A program made the position numbers and the translations under genes. The notes below the pieces were generated by a model. That model had not been told where the DNA came from, made no database searches, and saw only the letters and a program-made list of their open reading frames with translations. Below, one piece after another: positions 35,268 through 44,129 of a DNA stretch of 64,000 nucleotides (its first letter is position 1; each line of letters opens with the position of its first letter). The stretch is from an uncultured Sandaracinaceae bacterium. Its GTDB lineage: Bacteria; Myxococcota_A; Polyangia; Polyangiales; Houyiibacteriaceae. The stretch covers positions 1,703-65,702 of the forward strand of contig CAZBWQ010000004.1 of NCBI GenBank assembly GCA_964495565.1. The letters are read 5' to 3'.

Positions 35268-37169
35268 ATGAGCCGCAGTCGAAACGCAACCGCCTCTCCT
35301 CCAGACCCTCACGGCAGGCGGCTCGCCGTTCTGTCTTTTGCCGCCATCGGCGTCGTCTACGGCGACATCGGCACCAGCCCACTCTATGCCATCCGCGAAT
35401 GCTTCCACGGCGAGTACGGAATCGCTCCCACGCGTCCGAACATCGTCGGGGTGCTTTCCCTGATGTTCTGGGCCCTGATCCTCGTCGTCAGCATCAAGTA
35501 TCTCGGGTTCATCCTGCGAGCCGACAACCGCGGTGAAGGCGGAGTCATCGCGCTGACCGCGCAGCTCGAGGACTCGGCCGGCCACGGCCGGGCGAGGCGG
35601 TTCTTGATCGCGATTGGGCTGTTTGCGGCCGCCTTGCTCTACGGGGACGGGATGATCACGCCAGCGATTTCCGTCGTAAGCGCCATCGAGGGGGTCGGCA
35701 TCGCTTTCCCGGAGCTCGACCACTGGGTCGTGCCCATCGCGCTCGTAGTCCTGATCGTGTTGTTTTCCGTCCAAAGGCTGGGGACTCGCGGAGTCGGCAC
35801 GCTCTTCGGTCCGATCATGACCGTGTGGTTTCTCGTCATCGCCACTCTCGGCATCGTGAACCTCGTGGCCGCCCCCCAGGTGCTCGTCGCGGTCGTGCCC
35901 ACACACGCCTTCGACTTCTTGAGGCGAAACTCGATGGCGGGCTTTTTGGTGCTCGGGGCGGTCTTTCTGGTCGTCACCGGAGCAGAGGCCTTGTTTGCCG
36001 ACATGGGCCACTTCGGTCGGCGGCCCATTCGACTGCCTTGGTACGGGTTCGTTCTCCCCGCGTTGCTCTGCAACTACTTCGGCCAGGCCGCGGTGCTTTA
36101 CCACCATCCGGAAGTGGTCGAGCATCCTTTTTACGCGCTCGTACCGGGGTGGGCCACGATTCCTCTCATCGTGCTCGCCACGGCGGCGACGGTCATCGCA
36201 TCCCAAGCCGTCATCTCGGGAGCGTTCTCCCTGACCAGGCAGGCGATTCAGATGGGTTACCTGCCGAGAATGAACATCATCCATACCTCGGAGAGTGAGA
36301 TCGGGCAGATCTACATACCCCAGATCAATTGGATTCTGCTGATCGCCGTCGTGGCCTTGGTCCTCGGATTTCAAAGCTCCAGCCAGCTTGCCGCCGCCTA
36401 CGGGGTGGCGGTGACGGCCACCATGGTCATCACGAGCATTCTGTTTTTCGCCGTGGCGCGACGCCGATGGGGGTGGCCTCTGGCGTTTCTAATTCCGCTG
36501 ACGGTGCTGTTTCTCGTGGTCGACCTCGCCTTCTTTGCAGCCAACGCGAGCAAGATCACGCATGGAGCATGGTTTCCCTTGGTGATCGGGGCCGCCGTCT
36601 TTGGAGTCATGACCACTTGGCGGAAGGGCCGTCAGCTTCTTGCCGACAAGCTCTATGGCGGGACTCCGCCCATCGATCAGTTCATTAGGGGCGTTCGGGA
36701 GCACGCCCCGACGCGCATCCCCGGCAAAGCGGTGTACATGGCAAGCCGTCCTCTCGGCGTGCCGCCCGCATTGGTCATCAACCTCGAGCACAACGAGGCG
36801 CTGCACTCCGAGGTCGCGGTGTTGAACATCCAGACCCGGCATGTTCCTCGGGTCGACCGAAAGGACAAGGTTCAGGTCTATCCGCTCGGCGACGGCTTTT
36901 GGGGAGTTTCGGCTCAATATGGCTTCATGGAGGAGCCCAACGTCCCCTACGCACTGGCGCTTGCACGGGAGGAGGGTCTTCCTTTCGATCTCGAAGACGT
37001 CGTATTCTTTTTGGGTCGAGAGAGCATCGTGCCCGATCGGCGCCCTGCCATGTCCATTTGGCGGGAAACCTTGTTCGGGTTCCTGTCGCGCAACGCGATG
37101 GACGCGACCCGCTTCTTCAAGATACCCCCTGACCAGGTCGTCGAGATCGGCGCCCGGGTCGAGCTTTGA
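35268..37169 (+). CDS. kup: KUP/HAK/KT potassium transporter
   Basis: In-frame ATG 35268 of track ORF 34851..37169. AAIGVVYGDIGTSPLYA and RADNRGEGG are Kup signatures. Confidence 0.9.
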   Translation: MSRSRNATASPPDPHGRRLAVLSFAAIGVVYGDIGTSPLYAIRECFHGEYGIAPTRPNIVGVLSLMFWALILVVSIKYLGFILRADNRGEGGVIALTAQLEDSAGHGRARRFLIAIGLFAAALLYGDGMITPAISVVSAIEGVGIAFPELDHWVVPIALVVLIVLFSVQRLGTRGVGTLFGPIMTVWFLVIATLGIVNLVAAPQVLVAVVPTHAFDFLRRNSMAGFLVLGAVFLVVTGAEALFADMGHFGRRPIRLPWYGFVLPALLCNYFGQAAVLYHHPEVVEHPFYALVPGWATIPLIVLATAATVIASQAVISGAFSLTRQAIQMGYLPRMNIIHTSESEIGQIYIPQINWILLIAVVALVLGFQSSSQLAAAYGVAVTATMVITSILFFAVARRRWGWPLAFLIPLTVLFLVVDLAFFAANASKITHGAWFPLVIGAAVFGVMTTWRKGRQLLADKLYGGTPPIDQFIRGVREHAPTRIPGKAVYMASRPLGVPPALVINLEHNEALHSEVAVLNIQTRHVPRVDRKDKVQVYPLGDGFWGVSAQYGFMEEPNVPYALALAREEGLPFDLEDVVFFLGRESIVPDRRPAMSIWRETLFGFLSRNAMDATRFFKIPPDQVVEIGARVEL

Positions 37170-37237
37170 ACGGGAAATCCGAGGTCCCCGCCTACCCGCC
37201 CCTTGCCAAGTGGCCGGCCCGGTGACAGACATCCGGG

Positions 37238-39184
37238 GTGCTCACAGGCCGCCTGGCGCGCGCATCCTCGACAATTGCCATTCTGTCGTCGCTGACCGCG
37301 TGTGCTTCTTCCACCGCGGACATGTCGCAGCCTTGTTCGCCCTACGACGTGGCGCCGTACGACGTCGAGTACACCACCAAGGAAGCACGCGTCGAGGTGA
37401 AGTGGCACGACGAGTGGGTTTCTCGCTTCGGCAAGAACCTTCCGGAGCCGCTCCCGCCGGTGGCCGACTGGCAACATCCGATTCTGTCGGGTCGGTACGC
37501 CGGGACCATGCACGAGGACAGCGCCGCGACCGACGTGAGCACATTCGGAGGGCCGACACCCAATGACCCTCGAGTCGAGTACTTTCACATTCTCGAAAAG
37601 AAGAACCGGTTTTCCGGGATGGCGCCTCTCTACGAGTTTCTCGACGACAAGACGGTCGTGACCATCGCCTTCGGTCGCGACGCCGCGACGCTCTTGGTTC
37701 TCGACGTTTCAGGCGACCCCGAAGTGCTCGATCAAATGGATTTGCCGGGCAAGGGCTACGGCTTGCTCGAGCTCGCCAAGTCTTCGAACCGCAAGAAGGT
37801 GTTTCGCGACACGTCCGGTGGCGCTTACTCGTATCTCGACAAGAACGGCGTGATGCACGTTCCGGGTCACGACAACACGATCATCCAAATCCCGATTCGC
37901 AATCGCCGCATCGTTCGCGATCAGGTGACCCACGTGAACCTGAGCCACGAAATCGCCGAAGGCAGCATCGTGCACTCGCACATGAAGGCGCACGCGGATG
38001 AGGGCGTAAACCGGCTGACGTCGATCATGCCCGACGCCGAAGGCCGGATCTGGTTCACGTCGAAGTACGGTGTGGTCGGGGTCTTCGACCCGGGCGACAC
38101 GCACGCAGGGGGTAGCTGCCCCCGGGTGTACGCGACATCGATCCTGCTGTTTGCGGCGCGCGAAAAGATCCACGAGCTCTTCGAGCCGCTGCCCGCGGGC
38201 GCGGAAACGGTGATTTCCCACCTCGAGCAAGCCGCCGAAGAAGAGAACATCGACGAATTCCCCGAGGTGCAACGAGAGTTTCGAAACCTCTTTTTGCCCG
38301 ACGATTCGAGCTTTGCCGAGCAGATCCAGAACTCCTTTTCCGTCGGTCGCGATGGAGTGTACATCGTCACCAACGTCGCTCTCTACAAGCTTCGGTTCAA
38401 CGACGCGACCAAGAAGATCGAGCTCGATCCCAAGTGGAGGCCGAGCTACGCGAAGGGCGATCTCATCTACGACAACGATCACCAGATCAAGCCCGGCCAT
38501 CTCAACGATGGAAGCGGAACCACTCCGACCCTCGTGCTCGACGATCACGTGGTCATCGTCGACAACGCCCCCGGTCAGGTGAATCTCCTCGCGTTCCGGC
38601 AGAGCGACGGGACGTTGGTCAGCAAGATTCCGCTATTCGAGACGGGACAGGCGGCCGTGGAGAACTCGGTAGTGGCATACGGGCATCATCTGATCGTCGG
38701 AAACACCTACGGGTATGTGGACCCATTCCGCGACAACGAGACCTCCGGAGGGATCGCTCGATTCGACTTCGACGAGGCCCGGGGCACGTACGTACCGGTC
38801 CGAGGCTGGCCCGCTGCCGGGCATCTCGATGCGAAGACCGCGACGCCCAAGCTGTCCCTCGAGCACGGCCTGATCTACGTGTATCACCGCGATGAGCCCG
38901 AAGAGGGGCATCGCGATTGGCAGCTCACCGCGATCGACTTTCGGACCGGGTGGAGAGTGTTCACGATCAAGGGCTACTTCGAGGAGGGCGAGTTCGGCGA
39001 CAACGTCTCGCGCATCTTGAGGAAGCATTCGCTCGGGACGTTTCGCTACGACCGAAAGGTGTTCAACAACATCTGGGCGACGTTCACGTTCGGCCCCAAG
39101 AACAGCCTCTTCATCGGCGCCTACCGTGGCTTCATCCGGTTTTCCTCGGATCCGGGTTCTGGGGAAGCGATGAGCGCCCGCTAG
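37238..39184 (+). CDS. Hypothetical lipoprotein (648 aa), no recognisable domain
   Basis: Lipobox LSSLTAC. Composition is balanced and codon bias is coding-like. No motif I can assign. Confidence 0.55.
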   Translation: MLTGRLARASSTIAILSSLTACASSTADMSQPCSPYDVAPYDVEYTTKEARVEVKWHDEWVSRFGKNLPEPLPPVADWQHPILSGRYAGTMHEDSAATDVSTFGGPTPNDPRVEYFHILEKKNRFSGMAPLYEFLDDKTVVTIAFGRDAATLLVLDVSGDPEVLDQMDLPGKGYGLLELAKSSNRKKVFRDTSGGAYSYLDKNGVMHVPGHDNTIIQIPIRNRRIVRDQVTHVNLSHEIAEGSIVHSHMKAHADEGVNRLTSIMPDAEGRIWFTSKYGVVGVFDPGDTHAGGSCPRVYATSILLFAAREKIHELFEPLPAGAETVISHLEQAAEEENIDEFPEVQREFRNLFLPDDSSFAEQIQNSFSVGRDGVYIVTNVALYKLRFNDATKKIELDPKWRPSYAKGDLIYDNDHQIKPGHLNDGSGTTPTLVLDDHVVIVDNAPGQVNLLAFRQSDGTLVSKIPLFETGQAAVENSVVAYGHHLIVGNTYGYVDPFRDNETSGGIARFDFDEARGTYVPVRGWPAAGHLDAKTATPKLSLEHGLIYVYHRDEPEEGHRDWQLTAIDFRTGWRVFTIKGYFEEGEFGDNVSRILRKHSLGTFRYDRKVFNNIWATFTFGPKNSLFIGAYRGFIRFSSDPGSGEAMSAR

Positions 39185-40320
39185 AAGATGCGCGCACCAA
39201 AGGCGAGCAGGCCTGCGAAGTAGGGCGGGTCGACCAGCCAGCTCGTGGGAAACCCGTAACTGAGGCGAACGTTCACCTGGTAGCGTCCGGTGGGCCCGAA
39301 GCGAAGGTCCCCGTGAAGCGAAAGCCCGCCCGCTCCACCGTAGGTATCGAGGGAGCCCACCCGGTTCACGTCGTTGAATACCCCTCCTCCCAGCAACAGA
39401 CCGAATTCGTGTGGCGAGCTCTCCTTGGCTCGCAAGTGCAGACCGAGCTGGGCCGCGAGCAGGCGCTCCGAGATCAGCCCCGTCCAGGGAAGCCCCGGTA
39501 CCGGAATCACGTAGGGATTGACGCCGCCGATTCGCCGGCGCGTGATGTCGTCTTGCCGCCAGCCGTAGTTTCCCCACTGGTCGAGCTGAAGGCGGACGAG
39601 CGAGCCGACGCGCCAGCCTCCGCGAAGCCACTGGCTGACGTGGTAGATGACCTTTCCCGGATCGTTGCGGCCGTCGTCGAGACCCCAGGTCCGCACGTCC
39701 GAGCGAACGTCCAGACCGCCCGTGATCCCCACGGCGATGCCCTCGATGCGCGGGAAAATGCGATGCGCCTCCCACTCGTAGGCCGGCACGTCGATCTTCC
39801 AGTAATTGTAGCCGATGCGCGGCTCGAAGACCCAGGTATCGAGCGGGAGCACGTAGGCGTCCGAGGTGCTGCCCCGAGGCCCGAACCACCAGCGTCTCGC
39901 CGATGCGATGACCTCCAGGGTTTGATGCTTGCCCGGGTACCATTGAAGCTTGGTGTCGACGAGAACGTAGCTCGCCTTGAAACCGAATTCGCTGATGCGC
40001 AGCCCGTTTTGAAAGTAATCGTTGAGGAGCTGGGAGATCACCGCTTCGCCCTCCACGAAGCCGAAGAAAGCGAGCTTTCCATCGGCAAAGGACAAACGCT
40101 CGATGCCCGCGTGAAGCTTGGTGGTGTTGTAGAAGAGCCGCAGGTCGCCGCCGCCAACGATGCCTTTCCCGGTGCTGTCGAAGGACGCCCATCCGTGCCC
40201 GGTCAGCTCCGGGGTGAAGTTGAGCTCGCCGCCTCCGAGCGCGGCCGCGTGCCAGTGCTCCGGCTCGGCCCGGGCTGGTGCGGCCCCCATCATGAGAGCA
40301 AGCACCGCAACTCCGGCCAT
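39181..40320 (-). CDS. Putative outer-membrane beta-barrel protein
   Basis: Signal peptide MAGVAVLALMMGAAPARA at ATG 40320. Alternating beta-strand pattern, aromatic-rich, ending in a C-terminal Phe (GARIF). Confidence 0.5.
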   Translation of the reverse strand: MAGVAVLALMMGAAPARAEPEHWHAAALGGGELNFTPELTGHGWASFDSTGKGIVGGGDLRLFYNTTKLHAGIERLSFADGKLAFFGFVEGEAVISQLLNDYFQNGLRISEFGFKASYVLVDTKLQWYPGKHQTLEVIASARRWWFGPRGSTSDAYVLPLDTWVFEPRIGYNYWKIDVPAYEWEAHRIFPRIEGIAVGITGGLDVRSDVRTWGLDDGRNDPGKVIYHVSQWLRGGWRVGSLVRLQLDQWGNYGWRQDDITRRRIGGVNPYVIPVPGLPWTGLISERLLAAQLGLHLRAKESSPHEFGLLLGGGVFNDVNRVGSLDTYGGAGGLSLHGDLRFGPTGRYQVNVRLSYGFPTSWLVDPPYFAGLLAFGARIF

Positions 40321-40496
40321 CAGAAAGGTTCGTGAACCGACCACGCGACCGACGATACCAGCCTCCGCGCCGGGGTCGACCCTCGGTTCCGGGGCGATCG
40401 ATTGCCGCAAAGCCGCAGGAACGTCCCCACGCCTGTCGCCTTGGACACGGTCGCAGGCCTGGCCACCTGACACGGGAAGCACTAGGAACGAGGCAC

Positions 40497-41657
40497 ATGC
40501 CGGAGCCAGCGTTTCCGAGCCGGTATTGCCATCGCGAGCGCGCGCGTCTTCTGTTCGGCCCAGACGCCGATCGGTATGCGTTGCTCTACTGGGAAAGCGA
40601 CCCCGTCGCCGACGCGCTGGCCGAGGCGCTCGATTCGGGCGGACCCCGGGCCAGGGCTGCCTTCGAGCGCCGGCTGCGTTTCGGGAAGACAGGTTCCCCG
40701 GATCTCGGTCCCGAGATGGCGCAGTTCTTCGAAAGGGCCGAAGCGATACCCCGCTGGGTCGATTTCGAGGAGCTCGATTTCGGCGCTCGTGCGTACCAGC
40801 GTTTCGGCGTGATGGGCATGATGGTCCTGAGCGCTTGGTCGCTCATCAACGGGTACCACTCGAGTGCGGCGGTCAAGCCTCTCGCGTTCACCGGGCAGCT
40901 CCGGCACAACGCACAGAGGCGTCTCGCCGAAACCGCGCGTTTCGTGAGCGAAGCCGCGCAGGTGGGTGGCTTGCGGCGCCACCGGCCGGGTTGGGAAATC
41001 TCGCTCCGTGTGAGTCTCATTCACTCCCACGTTCGCAGAGCGTGTCTCGACTCGACCGAGTGGCGCAGCTCGCAGTGGGGTCTGCCGATCAACCAGGCTG
41101 ACATGTTCGGCACTCTTCTCGAGTTTTCGCTCCTCGTGATGGATGGCGTGCAGCGTTTGGGATTCGTGGTGACGGCCAAGGAGCGTCGCGCCATTCTGGC
41201 TCTCTGGCGCTACTGCGGGCATTTGAGCGGTGTCGACCCATGGCTTCTCGAGCAGCTCGCAGACGAGCAAAAGACGCGCCGGATCGCAGAGCTGATCCGC
41301 TTGATCCAGCCCGGGCCGGACGAGGATTCGTTGGTGCTCACCCGTCAGCTTCTGAAAGTTCCAGGAAGCGACCCCCGAAACAAAACGCCCTCGCCGGTTG
41401 CTTTGGTCGTCAGCCGTTTTCACAACGGGTTGGCTCGCGCGCTGAACGGCCACGAGATCGCGGACGATCTCGGCATCCCCGACGATCTGTGGCAATACTC
41501 GGTCTATCCCGTGCGGGCGTTCCTCGGCCCCCTGGAAGCGCTTCGACGCACCATCCCGGGCGCGACGCGCTTTTCGTCGTATTTGGGAAATCGGGTCGTT
41601 CGGAGAGACCTCTCCCGAATGCTCGCAGGCAAAGAGCCCACGTTTTCGCCATCGTGA
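40497..41657 (+). CDS. DUF2236 (MpaB/rubber-oxygenase-like) family protein
   Basis: In-frame ATG 40497 of track ORF 40332..41657. The pattern RLAETARFV...LRVSLIHSHVR...INQADM resembles DUF2236 (from memory). Confidence 0.6.
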   Translation: MPEPAFPSRYCHRERARLLFGPDADRYALLYWESDPVADALAEALDSGGPRARAAFERRLRFGKTGSPDLGPEMAQFFERAEAIPRWVDFEELDFGARAYQRFGVMGMMVLSAWSLINGYHSSAAVKPLAFTGQLRHNAQRRLAETARFVSEAAQVGGLRRHRPGWEISLRVSLIHSHVRRACLDSTEWRSSQWGLPINQADMFGTLLEFSLLVMDGVQRLGFVVTAKERRAILALWRYCGHLSGVDPWLLEQLADEQKTRRIAELIRLIQPGPDEDSLVLTRQLLKVPGSDPRNKTPSPVALVVSRFHNGLARALNGHEIADDLGIPDDLWQYSVYPVRAFLGPLEALRRTIPGATRFSSYLGNRVVRRDLSRMLAGKEPTFSPS

Positions 41658-41670
41658 GAGCGACACGGGC

Positions 41671-43173
41671 TCACCGGGTCGTCTTCGACTCGATGAGCTC
41701 TTCGGCGAGCGCGAAGATCCGCTCTCTCTTCGTGGCGCCCATCCGATCGAGCGCGCCCACCATCATCTTCGTCCGTGGGTTGCGCTCGAAGAAGTCTCGG
41801 TGCGCGTCCACGAAAGACCAGTAGAGCCCATCGACGACGTCGCACCACGGACCCTTCGGGTAGTCGCTCATCTTTCGCCAGTAGTTCGAGCCGCACACGT
41901 ACGGCTTCGTGGTGAAGGCGCCGCCTTCGCTGAACAAGGCCATGCCGTACAGGTTGGGCGCCATGACCCAATCGGCCGAGTCTGCGTACATCTCCATGAA
42001 CCAACGATACGCTGAACGCGGCTCGATCCGGCAGAGCACCATCGCGTTGCCCAAGACCATGAGCCGCTCGATGTGGTGGTTGTAGGCCCTCCCCGACGCG
42101 CGCCGGATCGCATCGTCGAGTGGCGGAATCCCCGTGGTCCCCTGGTACCAGTCGCCGGTCAGGCGCCGGTCGTGATTCCAGAAATTCTGCTTCCAATGGG
42201 AGGCAGGGAGGGTGTGCCACATTCCGCGGATGAACTCGCGCCAGCCGATGACCTGCCTCACGAATCCTTCGAGCGAGTTGAGGGGCACCGACGATTCGCT
42301 CGCATGGTGCAGCGCTGCTTCGAGCACGCGGTCGGGCGTCAGCAGGCCCACGTTCAGCAGCGGGCTCGAGACCGAGTGGAAAATCGTCGCGTGCTCGCTG
42401 CTGAGGGCGTCCTCGTAGTCTCCGAAGCACGCGAAGCGCTCTTGCAGGAACGACGAAAGTGCCGCCTCTGCCTGAGCCTCCGTGGTCGGGAGCCAAAACT
42501 CGCCAGCCTCGCCGGGATGCTCGGGAAACTTCGCGTCGACCATCCTCGTCACCGACCGGGTATGCTCCGTCCATGACGGCCGATAAAGCGGGGGCGGCTC
42601 CAGGTCTCGTGGCAGCTTCTTGCGGTTCTCGGCATCGAAGCTCCACTTTCCACCGGTGGGTTTTCCTTCCTCGTCGAGCAACACGTTCAGCCGCGTGCGT
42701 TGCCATCGATAGAAATCCGCCATCGAGAGCCGGTCGTTTCTCTCGACGAAGTCCGCGAAGTCGCGATTCGTGGTCAGGAACTTGGGGCTTTCGTGGGCGA
42801 GGCGCTTGGCCCCGTGCTGCGCGCAAAGGCGGTCGAGCCGTTGCGTCATTTGGAACGATTCCGTCTCGAAATGCACGAGCTCCCGGTACGATTGACCCGA
42901 GAGATGCTCCGAGAGCATCGAGGTGAACGACCGACCCTCGTTCTTCTCGAGGCTGCGGTAATGAACCTCGAAACCTTCTTCGCGTAGCTCGTCCGCCTTC
43001 GAGCGCATGGCGCTGAGCACCAGAACGAGCTTGTGCCGATGGTAGCGGTAGCGACGGCACATCACGTCGGATTCGGCCATGAAGATCGCATCGGGTCGAA
43101 GTCGCCCGATGCGATCTTTGGAAAAGAGCTGATCGCCGAACAAGACGAGCAATCGCGCGGCGGTGCCGCTCAC
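41671..43173 (-). CDS. Cryptochrome/photolyase-family protein of the 'photolyase-related' (FeS-BCP/COG3046) type
   Basis: LVLFGDQL, HRHKLVLVLSAMR, GGKWSFD, YNHHIERLMVLGN and KPYVCGSNYWRKMSDY. GTG start at 43173 chosen because it forms a GTGA overlap with the upstream stop. Confidence 0.8.
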   Translation of the reverse strand: MSGTAARLLVLFGDQLFSKDRIGRLRPDAIFMAESDVMCRRYRYHRHKLVLVLSAMRSKADELREEGFEVHYRSLEKNEGRSFTSMLSEHLSGQSYRELVHFETESFQMTQRLDRLCAQHGAKRLAHESPKFLTTNRDFADFVERNDRLSMADFYRWQRTRLNVLLDEEGKPTGGKWSFDAENRKKLPRDLEPPPLYRPSWTEHTRSVTRMVDAKFPEHPGEAGEFWLPTTEAQAEAALSSFLQERFACFGDYEDALSSEHATIFHSVSSPLLNVGLLTPDRVLEAALHHASESSVPLNSLEGFVRQVIGWREFIRGMWHTLPASHWKQNFWNHDRRLTGDWYQGTTGIPPLDDAIRRASGRAYNHHIERLMVLGNAMVLCRIEPRSAYRWFMEMYADSADWVMAPNLYGMALFSEGGAFTTKPYVCGSNYWRKMSDYPKGPWCDVVDGLYWSFVDAHRDFFERNPRTKMMVGALDRMGATKRERIFALAEELIESKTTR

Positions 43174-44096
43174 TCCGGGCGCTCCATCGCCCGCTGCTCG
43201 TCTTCTCGTCCACGCACGACGCGCTTTCCCGCGAGCGGTCCCCTGTACTCGGTGACGACGGTGCATTGTCCTTCGTGGCCGTCTCTTTCGAAGTAGATGA
43301 CGACCCAGTCGCGGACTTTGCCGAGCTCGTGTGCCCGATCGGTGTTCGAGAACAGGGTGGTGAAGTGCCAGCCGTCTTCGTAGCTGTGCATGATCGGAAG
43401 CCACGCCGCTCCGTCCGGGTTGTTCCGTCTCGGTGCGATTCGTGGGAGCTCGTCGGTTTCGGCTCTCTCGCGATACTCGCGATCGATCTTCAAGAGCAGC
43501 GCGAGTGGAGGCTCTTCATCGGCTTGGGACGGGCCGCTCACGGAGGCCCCGGCCTTCTGAAGCTCCTCGAATCGCCGCGCGCGTCCGCGGGCCGATCGCG
43601 CCAACATCGAGGCGAGAATCTCGCGAATCGCTTCGAGTCGTCGAGGCCCGAACCCAGCGACTTGGTCGAGCCGGCCGTCGTGCGCCGCGACCTCGAGCGC
43701 TTCGAGCGTATCGATGTCGAGCTCTCGATGAATGCGCTCCGCGAGCTCCTCGCCGATCCCAGGGACGGTCTTGAAAAGCTCGACCGGAGAAAGGCGCCCC
43801 TCCAGTCTTTCGAGCAAACGCAGTCGCCCCGTATGCGCGATCTCCTCGATGGCGCCGGAGAGGCTCGATCCGATCTGCGGCAAAGAGTCCAGCGCGCCTC
43901 GCCCCCCGGTGAGGGCGAGCTCCTGAATGCTCGAAGGATGTCGGCGAATCACCGCAGCCCCCGCCCGGTAGGCGTCGATCCGATAGATGTTGGCGTGTTG
44001 TGCTTCGAGGCGATCCGCGACCTGCTCGAGAATGTCGGCGATTTCGTCGTTGCTGATCGGTGGCGGCCCAGAACCCATGGGGTTGGACCAATTCAA
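43170..44096 (-). CDS. PolX-like helix-hairpin-helix DNA-binding protein (8-kDa/fingers-like N-terminus, unassigned C-terminal domain)
   Basis: NDEIADILEQVADRLE...YRIDAYRAGA...LPQIGSSLSGAIEEI...VPGIGEELAERI resembles the N-terminus of family-X polymerases. I see no palm-type DxD triad and no PHP domain. Confidence 0.65.
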   Translation of the reverse strand: MNWSNPMGSGPPPISNDEIADILEQVADRLEAQHANIYRIDAYRAGAAVIRRHPSSIQELALTGGRGALDSLPQIGSSLSGAIEEIAHTGRLRLLERLEGRLSPVELFKTVPGIGEELAERIHRELDIDTLEALEVAAHDGRLDQVAGFGPRRLEAIREILASMLARSARGRARRFEELQKAGASVSGPSQADEEPPLALLLKIDREYRERAETDELPRIAPRRNNPDGAAWLPIMHSYEDGWHFTTLFSNTDRAHELGKVRDWVVIYFERDGHEGQCTVVTEYRGPLAGKRVVRGREDEQRAMERPE

Positions 44097-44129
44097 TCAT
44101 GCTTTGATGGGTCTTTCGAGCCGAAACTC

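Noticed and set aside
38633-40498. 621-aa minus-strand ORF spanning the lipoprotein 3' end and the barrel gene in another frame
   Set aside because: Extremely R/G/P-rich. The alternative frame 39181..40320 encodes a signal peptide and a beta-barrel-like sequence ending in Phe.
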